A stretch of 63,969 nt of DNA, the filler included, from an uncultured Methanosarcinales archaeon (GTDB taxonomy: Archaea; Nanobdellota; Nanobdellia; Woesearchaeales; CAZKBD01), in assembly GCA_964550945.1 (NCBI GenBank). It is 3 parts of 3 records of this genome, joined end to end, with 100 filler letters (N's around TTAATTAATTAA, not from the genome) between each part and the next. Parts side by side here need not be neighbours in the genome. Positions count along the whole stretch, not along the records: positions 1 to 24,106 come from CAZKBD010000020.1; 2 more parts are not named here. One strand, given 5' to 3'. The translations under genes were made by a program, and so were the position numbers. The notes beneath the pieces are model-generated. The model did no database searches. It was not told the origin of the DNA and was given only the letters and a program-made list of their open reading frames with translations. Numbering within the stretch: the stretch's first letter is position 1; each line of letters begins with the position of its first letter. Shown here in pieces: positions 1 to 9,979 of this stretch.

Positions 1-147
1 AGCGGGTTTTATTTCTTATGGAAAAAGGATTCTATACTTTATATACCACAAGAAAAGCTACGCTTTTCTTATGTTTCTTTTTCTATATCAAAAATAATAG
101 AAACCTTTATTAATTTTACAGAATAACTCAACTGAGGGTGTTGTAAT

Positions 148-1152
148 ATAGGAGCTTCAATCATTTTTTTAGGAACAGGAACTGATCCTTATGTTGCTGG
201 CAAGCAGGTTAGGACAGCTGGAGGAATAATAATCCAGCTAAATGATCATCAGTTCCATATTGATCCTGGATTAGGTGCTTTATCACAAGCTGCTCAGTGC
301 GGCGTTAACTTAAGGGCTAATACTGCCATTCTTGTCTCTCATAATCATCTATACCATTGCAATGATGTAAATGCAGTGATTGATGCTATGACCTATTCTG
401 GATTTGACCAAAAAGGAGTTTTGATATCAAACCATACATTTGTCAATGGCGCAGAAGGCTATAAGCCTTATTTATCAGACTATTACAAAAATTTTCTTGA
501 GAGGTTTATTGTCCTTGAGCCAGAGCATAAGGTTGCAATTGATGACATAGAGATTTTAGCATTAAAAACAAAGCATAACGACCCAAAAGCAATTGGCTTT
601 AAGTTTTTTACACCCCAATTCACATTAACCTATTCCTCTGATACAAAATATTCAAAAGACATAGTTGAAAGCTATAAGGGCTCGCATATACTGATACTTA
701 ATGTTCCACTTGCCAAAAAGCAGGAAGAAAATATGAACCTGTGCTGTGAAGATGCTGTAAAAATAATCAAAGAGGTTGCTCCAAGGTTAGCTATAATAAC
801 TCATTTTGGCATTGACATGATGAAATCTGATCCATTATATGAAGCAAGGGAGATTCAAAAACAAACTAATGTGCAGGTTATAGCTGCAAAGGATGGGATG
901 GTTATAAGCCCTCTTTCTTACTCAGTCAGCTTAAGCCAGAAAACCCTGAAAACATTTTCACAGGGTATAAAGACTAATGATATAGAAGTCACAGAGATAG
1001 AAGAGAAAAAAGAGATTATCGAAAGCCCAAAAAGAGATATTGTAGAGAAAAAAGAAGAGCTGCCTGCTGAAAAAACAGAGTCAATAGAAGAAGAGATAGC
1101 CAAAAGCAATAAAACATTAAAAGATATATTTCTGGAGCAGTCAGAGCAATAA
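148..1152 (+). CDS. MBL-fold metallo-hydrolase (RNase Z-like) with charged C-terminal tail; probable ATA start
   Basis: The frame is open upstream of the ORF-track start (376) back to TGA at 133-135. It reads IGASIIFLGTG...FHIDPG...ILVSHNHLYHCND, then YSSDT and IITHFG. SD-like GAGGGTG at 134-140. Confidence 0.75.
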   Translation: MGASIIFLGTGTDPYVAGKQVRTAGGIIIQLNDHQFHIDPGLGALSQAAQCGVNLRANTAILVSHNHLYHCNDVNAVIDAMTYSGFDQKGVLISNHTFVNGAEGYKPYLSDYYKNFLERFIVLEPEHKVAIDDIEILALKTKHNDPKAIGFKFFTPQFTLTYSSDTKYSKDIVESYKGSHILILNVPLAKKQEENMNLCCEDAVKIIKEVAPRLAIITHFGIDMMKSDPLYEAREIQKQTNVQVIAAKDGMVISPLSYSVSLSQKTLKTFSQGIKTNDIEVTEIEEKKEIIESPKRDIVEKKEELPAEKTESIEEEIAKSNKTLKDIFLEQSEQ

Positions 1153-2037
1153 AACAACCAAATAACCAGCTAAGCAACCTAAACTTAAAAAAGGCATTGC
1201 TGGATAAAATCTATCCTGTTTTCCTTTCATTAATAAAATATACAATGCTATGCTGACAAATACTGGGATTATAAGTGTTTTCAAGAATGCTGCTGGCTCT
1301 GTGTTCGTTAACATCAGGCTCTTCATAACAGCTCCACTAAACATCAATGGAAATCCTATATCTCCTCCTCCTAAAACTGCGGTTTTTACCGCTCCTTTAA
1401 CTAGCTTGTATCCTTTTTTCGGCTTTGCATTTAGTTTATATGGCAAGGACAGCCCTGCAAATATCTTGCTGTCTGTTTGAAAGTTAGCCATGGCAATCAT
1501 ATGCTTGCTTTTCCATACTGCATACATGTCATAAGCAGAGATTATCAATAAAACTATGAAAGCAACAGGAATCGTAAATGCTTTAATCGGAACAAATATT
1601 GCAGCTAAGCCGCCATAGATAAACAGCTCAGTTATATTATGAACAAAAGGAGCTGGCTTAAATATTTTCCATAATCCAAGTACAAATGCAATAACAAACG
1701 CAAAGATAGGATGGATAAAAGCCCCAAAAGCAAGGCTCATGCATAACACTATTGCAAATAAAAGCCATATCTTCCAGATGAATGGCTTTCTGAATTTTAC
1801 TAACAGAAGGACTAATATCGTTCCAAAGAGTATGGCAAAAGTTAAATAAAAAATAAAAGAATAGCCTTTTTCTATTGCAGGCCTCTCTAAACCATAAGGC
1901 AGTTCACTAAATGTAATTTCTCCTGTTTCAGTTGTTTTTTTATGGTCAATGTATTTATTTATGATCGCCAAGCCAGCTATCTGAGCAAATAAAAACAATA
2001 AGACCAAAACTAGAGTTATTTTAAGGGTATGCTTCAT
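1141..2037 (-). CDS. Presenilin/SPP-like GxGD intramembrane aspartyl protease
   Basis: Multi-TM; SAYD, LGGGDIGFP and PAMP motifs. Confidence 0.9.
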   Translation of the reverse strand: MKHTLKITLVLVLLFLFAQIAGLAIINKYIDHKKTTETGEITFSELPYGLERPAIEKGYSFIFYLTFAILFGTILVLLLVKFRKPFIWKIWLLFAIVLCMSLAFGAFIHPIFAFVIAFVLGLWKIFKPAPFVHNITELFIYGGLAAIFVPIKAFTIPVAFIVLLIISAYDMYAVWKSKHMIAMANFQTDSKIFAGLSLPYKLNAKPKKGYKLVKGAVKTAVLGGGDIGFPLMFSGAVMKSLMLTNTEPAAFLKTLIIPVFVSIALYILLMKGKQDRFYPAMPFLSLGCLAGYLVVLLL

Positions 2038-2232
2038 TAGAAATTACTTTTATTTAGTTTATAAAAAGGTTGTGATTTTGGTTATTGCTTCTCTATTGGA
2101 TAAATTTTTACCTCTTCCCAACATGAGACCATGGTAGCTGAGAATTGTAATAGATACCATAAATATCTCTGAGATAATGTGGCAAAATGAATTATTGATT
2201 TATCGTTTGGGTATCTATTTAATAAGCGAGAG

Positions 2233-3918
2233 TTATTTTTCGAACTGCCTGATCCTTCCAATATCTTCCATTAACTTATTCCCGTATCTTGCTTTATCTG
2301 CAGGAGAATAGCGCACACCTTGATAATACCCTGCTTGCCGTTTAAGATCTGCCCTATGGGATGGATGAGCTAAATCAATCATCCTCATTATTATCTCCTC
2401 TCTAGATAACCTATGGCCGTCTCCTCCTTCTGCCCTGGTTAGGTTTTCCTTCCCCCATTCAGTAACCGCATAAGCAATCCCATTATTATCTCCTGTCATC
2501 AATTCCTGGGTCGGCACTGTTTGGATGGTCCCTTTAGGGAATGAGGGCACTATGCTTGACTCATTGCGACCGTGGGTTGAGTTTAAACATACGACATACA
2601 ATCCGCCAGTATCAAGTGTTTGTCTCGCAATTTTTGGCTGGCCTCCTGGGCCTGAGAATAGGTAACCATCCCTACAATGAGCATCTACTGCAGGTGTAAA
2701 ATCAAGACCAAGAGCATTATTAACTGCTATAGTCCTGCTGAATCCAGGGCCAAAAAGGTCTACATAAGGCACCAGCAAGAACCTATCAGCATATTCTTGG
2801 ACTTTAGCATAAAATTGTTTATTCTCTCCAAAAACCAGGCAGCAAGTAATTTTTCCTTCAAAAGAGACATTACTGCCGTTCAGATGTACATAAGAACCAG
2901 TTACCTTGCCTGATTCAATTAAAGGGATTGCCCAGTCTGAAGCTATTTCAGAATAAACAACAAATTTTCTTGGTGACTTACTCTCAGCCAAAGCTCTCGC
3001 AGCTAAGGTTGAAACATCACCTATTCCGAATTGCAGAGCCATACCTTCATTAGCTGGGTCTAATATTATCTCCTCAGCAACTATCCTTGCTATTTCTACT
3101 GAAGCTTTTGTCGCTCGTTTATGAGGAAGTATAGCCAATGGAGTGGTATCTCCTTCGATTACATAGTCAATGTTAGGAGAGTCGATGGGAATTTGATTTT
3201 CAAAAACGCGTTTATCTCCGCAGTGAGGGATAAACGGCATATTGTTATTTACAATCAAGACTAATCTTGGATGATCATGAGTAGCTGCATATTTGACAAA
3301 GGGGCTGCAACCATCACAACCTACACCCATATTGTAATATCCATCTTTTTCTGATACCAGTGCTACAACCAAATCTAGATTAAGGCTATCCTCTTTGCCA
3401 CCTCTTTTGCTTACCATGGTTGCCACATCGGTAAGATGGACTGGCGCTGTAAGCACAGGTGTACTCGCAGTTAAATTATGAAAAAGAGGATTTCCATCAT
3501 AACCATGGTAAAACGCTCCCAACCTTCTCACAACTCCTGCCAATCCTTTTGAGGGTAAGGGTTTGCCTGTAAGTCCTGAATAAAAGGTTTGGTAGAATAT
3601 ACTATGTTCTTGCAATTCTGCAAGAGCAGAATACATATTGAATAACATTTTTAAACCATCTAATTTGCTTTTAGGAGGCTTGTCTATGCCTACAAGAAAG
3701 TCTCGGAGAGAGGTGAACAATCCACCATGAATCCTTACATTGTTCCAATGGCTACTGCCCTGCATAATTGTTCTTAAGTTAGAAGTCGCTACAACCGGGT
3801 CTGATCCAACAACACCAAATATTACATTATAGGTTCTGTCTGGGTTATCATTCCTAAATCCAGCATAACATTCATTTAAAGCGTTTTCCAAATCAGCAAC
3901 ATTTAGCTTCTGTGCCAT
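2233..3918 (-). CDS. Divergent acetyl-CoA hydrolase/CoA-transferase family protein with N-terminal extension
   Basis: LQFGIG, YSEIASD, FSGPGGQ, YAVTEWG and IDLAHPSHRADL motifs; start taken at MAQKL (ATG 3918). Confidence 0.7.
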   Translation of the reverse strand: MAQKLNVADLENALNECYAGFRNDNPDRTYNVIFGVVGSDPVVATSNLRTIMQGSSHWNNVRIHGGLFTSLRDFLVGIDKPPKSKLDGLKMLFNMYSALAELQEHSIFYQTFYSGLTGKPLPSKGLAGVVRRLGAFYHGYDGNPLFHNLTASTPVLTAPVHLTDVATMVSKRGGKEDSLNLDLVVALVSEKDGYYNMGVGCDGCSPFVKYAATHDHPRLVLIVNNNMPFIPHCGDKRVFENQIPIDSPNIDYVIEGDTTPLAILPHKRATKASVEIARIVAEEIILDPANEGMALQFGIGDVSTLAARALAESKSPRKFVVYSEIASDWAIPLIESGKVTGSYVHLNGSNVSFEGKITCCLVFGENKQFYAKVQEYADRFLLVPYVDLFGPGFSRTIAVNNALGLDFTPAVDAHCRDGYLFSGPGGQPKIARQTLDTGGLYVVCLNSTHGRNESSIVPSFPKGTIQTVPTQELMTGDNNGIAYAVTEWGKENLTRAEGGDGHRLSREEIIMRMIDLAHPSHRADLKRQAGYYQGVRYSPADKARYGNKLMEDIGRIRQFEK

Positions 3919-4032
3919 TTTCTGAGCAAATAGATGGGTGTATAAAAATGTTTCTATTATAGGATAGTGATACATCCTGTCAATTAATTTTGCTAGAAGG
4001 TTTTAAATAATGGCAGCCCTACCAAGAAATAA

Positions 4033-4479
4033 ATGAAACTAGCACATCAAATAAAACTATCTGTCTTCGCAAAGCCAGAAGATGATATGGGGTTGATAAA
4101 AAAAGGAGCATTGTCTTTAATTCCATTTGATATTGAAAAAGAAAAGATAGAGTTAAAGGAAACAAAAGCAGACGGGTTCAATAAAAAAGAGGTAAGGATC
4201 CTTGAGATTGAACTTAAAAAAGACAGGCATATCAATGAATTTTTAAAAAGTTTAACAAATAAGCTTAACCCAGAGCAGAAAGGCATTCTTATAAAGCAGC
4301 TAAACTCAAGATTAGATGGCCAGTTAAGATTCTTTATCAGGCTGGACAAAGACAGGCTTCTAAAAGATGAGCTGCACATTACAGACTCTGGCAATTGTTT
4401 TCATATAACGCTCTCTATAGCAGCTTTTCCTGCTAGAATTGAGAATGCAATAAAAATCTTAAAGGAAATATTTAAATAG
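4033..4479 (+). CDS. Archaeal RNA-binding protein (DUF54-like)
   Basis: SRLD..LRFFIRLDKD and AAFPA..ENA pattern; typical length. Confidence 0.75.
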   Translation: MKLAHQIKLSVFAKPEDDMGLIKKGALSLIPFDIEKEKIELKETKADGFNKKEVRILEIELKKDRHINEFLKSLTNKLNPEQKGILIKQLNSRLDGQLRFFIRLDKDRLLKDELHITDSGNCFHITLSIAAFPARIENAIKILKEIFK

Positions 4480-4703
4480 GAGAGTTATTACCTATAAAAT
4501 TGATTAAAAATGTCAAGTGATTGTCGGTGGCTCTAAAGAAGCAATTTCTGAGTTTTATCTAGTCAAAAAACCACATTTTAAGATTATTCAGCCACTAATT
4601 ACCTCTATATGCTCTTATTTAACCATAATAAGGTCTATTTTTCCTTATTGCATTTTTTGCACTCAATCATTAATAAAAAACTTTATATAGGCGGGGTGAA
4701 TAA

Positions 4704-6338
4704 ATGAGTATTATTAGGTTGGAGGGTGGAATGGATAATTTTGAGGTCCAGATAGAGAAAGCCAAAATAGGGCAGATAATAACCTTGTTTAAAGTAATAG
4801 AGCAACCAATAAACTCCTTAGAGCTTTTTGCGAAATTATCTGATTATGGAAGAAAAAAGAATAGTATATTGCTTGAATCAGCAGATGTAGTGCCAAAATA
4901 TGGTGAATTCAGTATTGGAACTGCTTCTCCATGCCTTAAAATAATGGGCTTTAAAGAAGATTTTGAGATCAAGGCATTAAACAATCTAGGAAAACAGTTT
5001 ATTATTCTTTTAAAAAAGGAAAAAGAGCTGGATTTTTGCGACAAAATCCAATATAAAGAGGATTATATCAAAGGAAAATTAATCCCAACAAGAAAAACCG
5101 TAAGTGAAGATCAAAGGCTAAAGCTTAAGACCCATATGGACATTATAAGGGCTATTGCTTTCAAATTTAAGCCTGTTTCTAAGCCATTTATACCTTATTG
5201 CGGTTTGTTTGGAGCTATCAGCTATGATTTTATTGACCAATTTGAGGATTTGCCTAAAAACAAAGAAGATATCCTAAAAGACCCTGACTATGAGCTTTAT
5301 TTTGCTGATAATCTTTTCCTGACCGACCATAAAAACAGCAGAACATATTTTATTGCCAATGCTTTGGTCACACAAGAGAAAAAAAACACCATCTACAAAA
5401 ATGCGCTAAAAGTGATTGAAAACTATGAAAAAGCGCTAAAATCCAAGCTGCCCAAGCCAAGAAAATTCACAAAAAAAAAGCAGCAGATAACCACAGACAC
5501 ATCTAAAGAAGAGTTTATAGATATTGTGCATGAGCTAAAAAAGCACATATTGGAAGGCGATGTTTTTCAGGCCGTGCCTTCAAGAACAATTATAGCTGAT
5601 TATAATGCAGAGCCTCTTGATATTTACAAGGAATTAAGGGAATTAAACCCAAGCCCTTACATGTTTTTCATTAACAATACAAATGGAATCTTGCTCGGAT
5701 CTAGCCCAGAGATGTTCACAAGAGTAGAAGGCGATAAAGAAAAGATTGTTGAAATCAGGCCAATTGCAGGCACCAAGCCTCGCGGCTTAATTAATGAAAA
5801 ACTGGACAAAGATCTTGATTCAAGGTATGAGGCTGAGCTTAAGATTGATGAAAAAGAGATTGCAGAGCATACTATGCTTATAGACTTAGCAAGAAATGAT
5901 GTTGCAAGGATCTCAAAACCAGGCTCAAGATTTGTGGACGAGCCTTATATTGTTGAAAAATATTCCCATGTACAGCATCTTGTATCAAATGTAAGAGGCA
6001 TTCTAAAAGATGATCTAGATGCATTGCATGCGTATCTTGCATCGATGAACATGGGCACTCTGACAGGCGCTCCAAAGATAGAAGCAATGAAGCTGATAAG
6101 GCAGTTTGAAAAAAACAAGAGGGGCTATTATGGTGGGTCAGTTGGCTATATCACCCCAAGCGGAGATTTTGATTCTGCTATAACAATAAGATCAATGAGA
6201 TTAAAAGACAACAAAGCATACATAAGAGCAGGCGCAGGGATAGTGTATGATAGTATCCCAAAAAGTGAATTTGAAGAAACAGAGAAGAAAGCCGCGGCTT
6301 GCTTGAGAGCAATAACAAAAGCAGGTGGATTCAAATGA
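4704..6338 (+). CDS. trpE: Anthranilate synthase component I (alternative start 4731)
   Basis: LLESA, NPSPYMF, PIAGTKPRG, EHTMLIDLARND, GTLTGAPK, AGAGIV. Confidence 0.97.
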   Translation: MSIIRLEGGMDNFEVQIEKAKIGQIITLFKVIEQPINSLELFAKLSDYGRKKNSILLESADVVPKYGEFSIGTASPCLKIMGFKEDFEIKALNNLGKQFIILLKKEKELDFCDKIQYKEDYIKGKLIPTRKTVSEDQRLKLKTHMDIIRAIAFKFKPVSKPFIPYCGLFGAISYDFIDQFEDLPKNKEDILKDPDYELYFADNLFLTDHKNSRTYFIANALVTQEKKNTIYKNALKVIENYEKALKSKLPKPRKFTKKKQQITTDTSKEEFIDIVHELKKHILEGDVFQAVPSRTIIADYNAEPLDIYKELRELNPSPYMFFINNTNGILLGSSPEMFTRVEGDKEKIVEIRPIAGTKPRGLINEKLDKDLDSRYEAELKIDEKEIAEHTMLIDLARNDVARISKPGSRFVDEPYIVEKYSHVQHLVSNVRGILKDDLDALHAYLASMNMGTLTGAPKIEAMKLIRQFEKNKRGYYGGSVGYITPSGDFDSAITIRSMRLKDNKAYIRAGAGIVYDSIPKSEFEETEKKAAACLRAITKAGGFK

Positions 6339-6925
6339 GGCTGCCGGTGTTATTTATTGACAACTTTGATTCATTCACTTACAACTTAGTTGATGAATTT
6401 GAAAAGAGGGATTGTGAAGTGTTAGTCTACAGGAGCAATATAGATATGAAAACAATTGATAGTGCGATCAAGAAATTCAAGCCAAAGCTGATTGTGATAT
6501 CTCCAGGACCTGGAACACCAAGGCAAGCAGGCAATTCTATCGAGATAATCCAGAGATATCACAAAGAGATCCCTATATTTGGTGTCTGCTTAGGCCACCA
6601 ATGCATAATTGAGGCATTTGAAGGCAAAGTTTCAAGAGCTGTTGAGATTGTCCATGGAAAACCGTCCACTATCCAGCATGATAACGAAGGCATTTTCAAA
6701 GGAATTGAAAATCCATTCCAGGCAGGCAGATATCATTCTCTTGCTGGAACAGACATACCCTATTGTCTGGAAATCTCTGCAAGAACAGCTGACAAAGATA
6801 TTGTCATGGCTGTAAGGCATAAAGAGAACGAAGTAATGGGTGTGCAGTTCCATCCTGAAAGCATTTTAACTCCTATTGGCGGCCTGTTGATTGACAATAT
6901 AATCTCAAAGGTGAGAAAGTTATGA
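6335..6925 (+). CDS. trpG: Anthranilate synthase component II (glutamine amidotransferase)
   Basis: [33 protein letters not shown] overlap with trpE. Confidence 0.97.
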   Translation: MRLPVLFIDNFDSFTYNLVDEFEKRDCEVLVYRSNIDMKTIDSAIKKFKPKLIVISPGPGTPRQAGNSIEIIQRYHKEIPIFGVCLGHQCIIEAFEGKVSRAVEIVHGKPSTIQHDNEGIFKGIENPFQAGRYHSLAGTDIPYCLEISARTADKDIVMAVRHKENEVMGVQFHPESILTPIGGLLIDNIISKVRKL

Positions 6926-7938
6926 TCCAGGAAGCGATTGCAAAGCTTATTGACAAAAAGAATCTTGCAAAAGAAGAAGCAGAAGCTGTTATGAATGAAA
7001 TAATGTCAGGGCAAGCCACACCCGCCCAGATAGCTGGTTTTTTAGTTGCTTTGCGAATAAAGGGAGAAACGATAGATGAAATAGCTGCTTGTGCAAAAGT
7101 CATGCGGGAAAAAGCTGAAAGGATTAATCCAAAAGGAAAAAAAGTAGTTGATGTTGTTGGGACAGGCGGGGATAAGTCAGGAACATTTAATATCTCAACT
7201 TGTGCTGCTTTTGTTGTTGCTGGCTGCAATGTTCCGGTTGCTAAGCACGGCAACAAATGTGTGAGCTCAAAATGCGGCTCAGCAGATGTTCTTTCTGCCT
7301 TAGGCATTAATATTGATCTAGAGCCAAAACAGGTTGAAAAATGCATTGAAGAAGTTGGATTTGGTTATATGTTCGCTCCTAAATTCCACAGCGCAATGAA
7401 ATACGCAATAGGCCCAAGAAAGGAGATTGGCGTAAGGACTGTTTTCAATATTTTAGGCCCATTAACTAATCCAGCAGAAGCCCAATACGAATTGATGGGT
7501 GTTTTCGCTGAAGATCTTACAGAGCCTTTGGCAGAGGTGCTTGGAAAATTAGGCTGCAAGCACGCATTAGTTGTACATGGCAACGGCCTGGATGAGGTAA
7601 CAATTGAGGCAGAGACAAAAGTCTCAGAATATAAAGACGGCCATATAAGGACATACAAGATAAAGCCGACAGATTTTGGGATTAAGCTTGCCAGCCTCAA
7701 TGAGATTAAAGGAGGCGATCCAGAAGAGAATGCTAAAATAATCTTGAGCATATTGAAAGGAAAAGAAAAAGGGCCTAAGAGAGATGTTGTTTTATTGAAT
7801 GCTGCTGCCGCACTATTTGCAGCTGACAAGGTTGACAGCATAAAAAATGGGATCAAGCTTGCTGCTGAGTCAATTGACTCTGGCAAAGCATTGAAAGTGC
7901 TGGATAAGCTAAAAGCCTACACAAACAATCCTGAATAA
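6922..7938 (+). CDS. trpD: Anthranilate phosphoribosyltransferase
   Basis: [31 protein letters not shown]. Confidence 0.97.
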   Translation: MIQEAIAKLIDKKNLAKEEAEAVMNEIMSGQATPAQIAGFLVALRIKGETIDEIAACAKVMREKAERINPKGKKVVDVVGTGGDKSGTFNISTCAAFVVAGCNVPVAKHGNKCVSSKCGSADVLSALGINIDLEPKQVEKCIEEVGFGYMFAPKFHSAMKYAIGPRKEIGVRTVFNILGPLTNPAEAQYELMGVFAEDLTEPLAEVLGKLGCKHALVVHGNGLDEVTIEAETKVSEYKDGHIRTYKIKPTDFGIKLASLNEIKGGDPEENAKIILSILKGKEKGPKRDVVLLNAAAALFAADKVDSIKNGIKLAAESIDSGKALKVLDKLKAYTNNPE

Positions 7939-7939
7939 A

Positions 7940-8698
7940 ATGATATTAGACGAGATAATAGCAAACAAAAAAGAGGAGATAGAAAAGACCAAGGAGATAT
8001 TCCCTTTTACTCATTTGCTTAGCCAGATCACCAAATCAAGTAGAGACTTTAAAAAAGCTATTTCAAAAAAAGGGTTGAATCTGATAGCTGAGATAAAAAA
8101 AGCTTCTCCTTCCGAGGGGGTATTAAGAAAAAAATTCAATATTGTAAAGGTTACAAAGGATTTTCGCCTTAAAGAGGTTGCTGCTGTTTCAGTCGTGACT
8201 GATAAAAGATTTTTTAAGGGGAATATAAACTTTTTAAGGATTGCTAAGAAATATTCCAAAAAACCCATATTGAGGAAGGATTTCATAATCGATGAATACC
8301 AAATCTACGAATCGAGGTATTTTGACGCTGATGCTATTTTGCTTATCGCTTCTGTTTTAACAAAAGAGCAGATAGATAGTTTTGTTAAGATTGCAAAACA
8401 ATACAATATGAGTTGTGTTGTCGAAGTGCACACAATTGAAGAACTTAAAAAAGTATTGCAGACAAATGCAAAAATTATTGGCATTAACAACAGGAATTTA
8501 ACAAATTTTAAGATCAGCCTTAGCACCACAATAAAACTAGCTAAAAAGATCCCAAAAAACCGCATTATTATTTCTGAATCTGGTTTTAATAAGAAATCCG
8601 ACCTAAAAAAAGTAAAAAAGTATGTCAATGCAGTGTTGATAGGCAGTTCATTGATGAAATCAGAAGACATTAAAGGGAAAATCAGAAAATTGTTTTGA
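7940..8698 (+). CDS. trpC: Indole-3-glycerol phosphate synthase
   Basis: IAEIKKASPSEG, LRKDFIID, VEVH, GINNRNL, SESG. Confidence 0.97.
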   Translation: MILDEIIANKKEEIEKTKEIFPFTHLLSQITKSSRDFKKAISKKGLNLIAEIKKASPSEGVLRKKFNIVKVTKDFRLKEVAAVSVVTDKRFFKGNINFLRIAKKYSKKPILRKDFIIDEYQIYESRYFDADAILLIASVLTKEQIDSFVKIAKQYNMSCVVEVHTIEELKKVLQTNAKIIGINNRNLTNFKISLSTTIKLAKKIPKNRIIISESGFNKKSDLKKVKKYVNAVLIGSSLMKSEDIKGKIRKLF

Positions 8699-8700
8699 AA

Positions 8701-9348
8701 ATGCTCAAAATAAAGATCGCTCCTTCAATACTCTCTGCAGATAGGGCTAAGATCCAATCAGAGATAAATGCAGTTGAGCCCTATTCAGACTTGCTGCATA
8801 TAGACGTTATGGATGGAAAGTTTGTTCCTCCAAAAACATTTTCAGCAGACGATATAAAAAAGATTAAGACAAAACTGCCATTTGATGTGCATTTGATGGT
8901 AGAGCATCCTATCAAAGAAGGGCATATCCAAGATTTTGCAGACGCTGGCGCTTCAATCATAACAATACACGAAGAATGCAAAGATGATATCGATGAATCA
9001 ATAAGATTGATTAAAGATAGAGGGATAAAAGCAGGCATATCTATAAAGCCAAAAACCCAATTGACAAAAATAAAATATTACTTGGATAAGGTTGATATGG
9101 TTTTGATCATGAGTGTTGAGCCAGGGTATTCCGGGCAAAGCTTTATGCCAGAAGTCCTTGGCAAAGCCAAAGAATTAAGGAAGTTAAAGCCAAAATTAGA
9201 TATTGAGATTGATGGCGGGATTAATAAAGAGACTATATCTGCTGCTGCTAATGCAGGCGTTAATATTTTTGTGGCAGCATCTGCAATATTTGGAAAAAAA
9301 GACAGGAAGAAAGCAATTGCTGATTTAAGGGGAGCAGCGAATGGTTAA
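8701..9348 (+). CDS. rpe: Ribulose-phosphate 3-epimerase
   Basis: APSILSAD, HIDVMDG, DVHLMV, MSVEPG, IDGGIN. Confidence 0.96.
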   Translation: MLKIKIAPSILSADRAKIQSEINAVEPYSDLLHIDVMDGKFVPPKTFSADDIKKIKTKLPFDVHLMVEHPIKEGHIQDFADAGASIITIHEECKDDIDESIRLIKDRGIKAGISIKPKTQLTKIKYYLDKVDMVLIMSVEPGYSGQSFMPEVLGKAKELRKLKPKLDIEIDGGINKETISAAANAGVNIFVAASAIFGKKDRKKAIADLRGAANG

Positions 9349-9979
9349 GACAAAAATATGCGGTATAACCAACATTAATGACGCCCTGGATGCAGCAAAA
9401 CTTAGAGCAGATTTCATTGGTTTATTAGTTGAAATTGGCTTTTCAGAAGACAAAGTAACTAAAGAAGAAGCAAAAGAAATAATTAAAAAATTGCCATTAG
9501 AAGTTAGCCCTGTTTTTGTTACATATCTACAAAAAGCAGAGCCAATAATCAAGATTGCTGAAGAGATTAACCCGCAAATAATACAGCTGCATAATGATAT
9601 TGAACTAGCAGAAATTGGCAAGATTAGAAAAGAATTTAAAAACATTCAGATTACAAAAACAATCAGTGTTTTAAGCGAAAACTCCATAAAAGATGCAAAA
9701 AAATTTGAGAAGTATGTTGATTATTTGTTGTTAGACACAGCTGTTAAAGGAAAAAAAGGAGGCACAGGAAAAACCCACAATTGGGATATAAGCGCTAAGA
9801 TTGTAAAAGCTGTTAAAACTAAAGTTTTTTTGGCAGGTGGCCTTAACCCAGATAATGTTAAAGATGCTATTAAGAAAGTTAAACCGTTTGCAGTAGATAC
9901 AAATTCAGGGGTTAAATCAAAAGCAAGAATCAAGGATTACGAAAAGATGAGATTGTTTATCGAGAGGGCAAAGAAATGA
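9341..9979 (+). CDS. trpF: Phosphoribosylanthranilate isomerase
   Basis: [36 protein letters not shown]. Confidence 0.96.
   Translation: MVKTKICGITNINDALDAAKLRADFIGLLVEIGFSEDKVTKEEAKEIIKKLPLEVSPVFVTYLQKAEPIIKIAEEINPQIIQLHNDIELAEIGKIRKEFKNIQITKTISVLSENSIKDAKKFEKYVDYLLLDTAVKGKKGGTGKTHNWDISAKIVKAVKTKVFLAGGLNPDNVKDAIKKVKPFAVDTNSGVKSKARIKDYEKMRLFIERAKK

Noticed and set aside
1141..2037. GxGD protease as the prepilin peptidase for the pilus locus
   Set aside because: Its motifs (YD, GxGD, PAMP) fit the presenilin/SPP type rather than FlaK/PibD, and it is on a different contig.
4480..4703. Trp leader peptide, attenuator or T-box upstream of trpE
   Set aside because: No Trp-rich short ORF, terminator/antiterminator pair or T-box motif seen.
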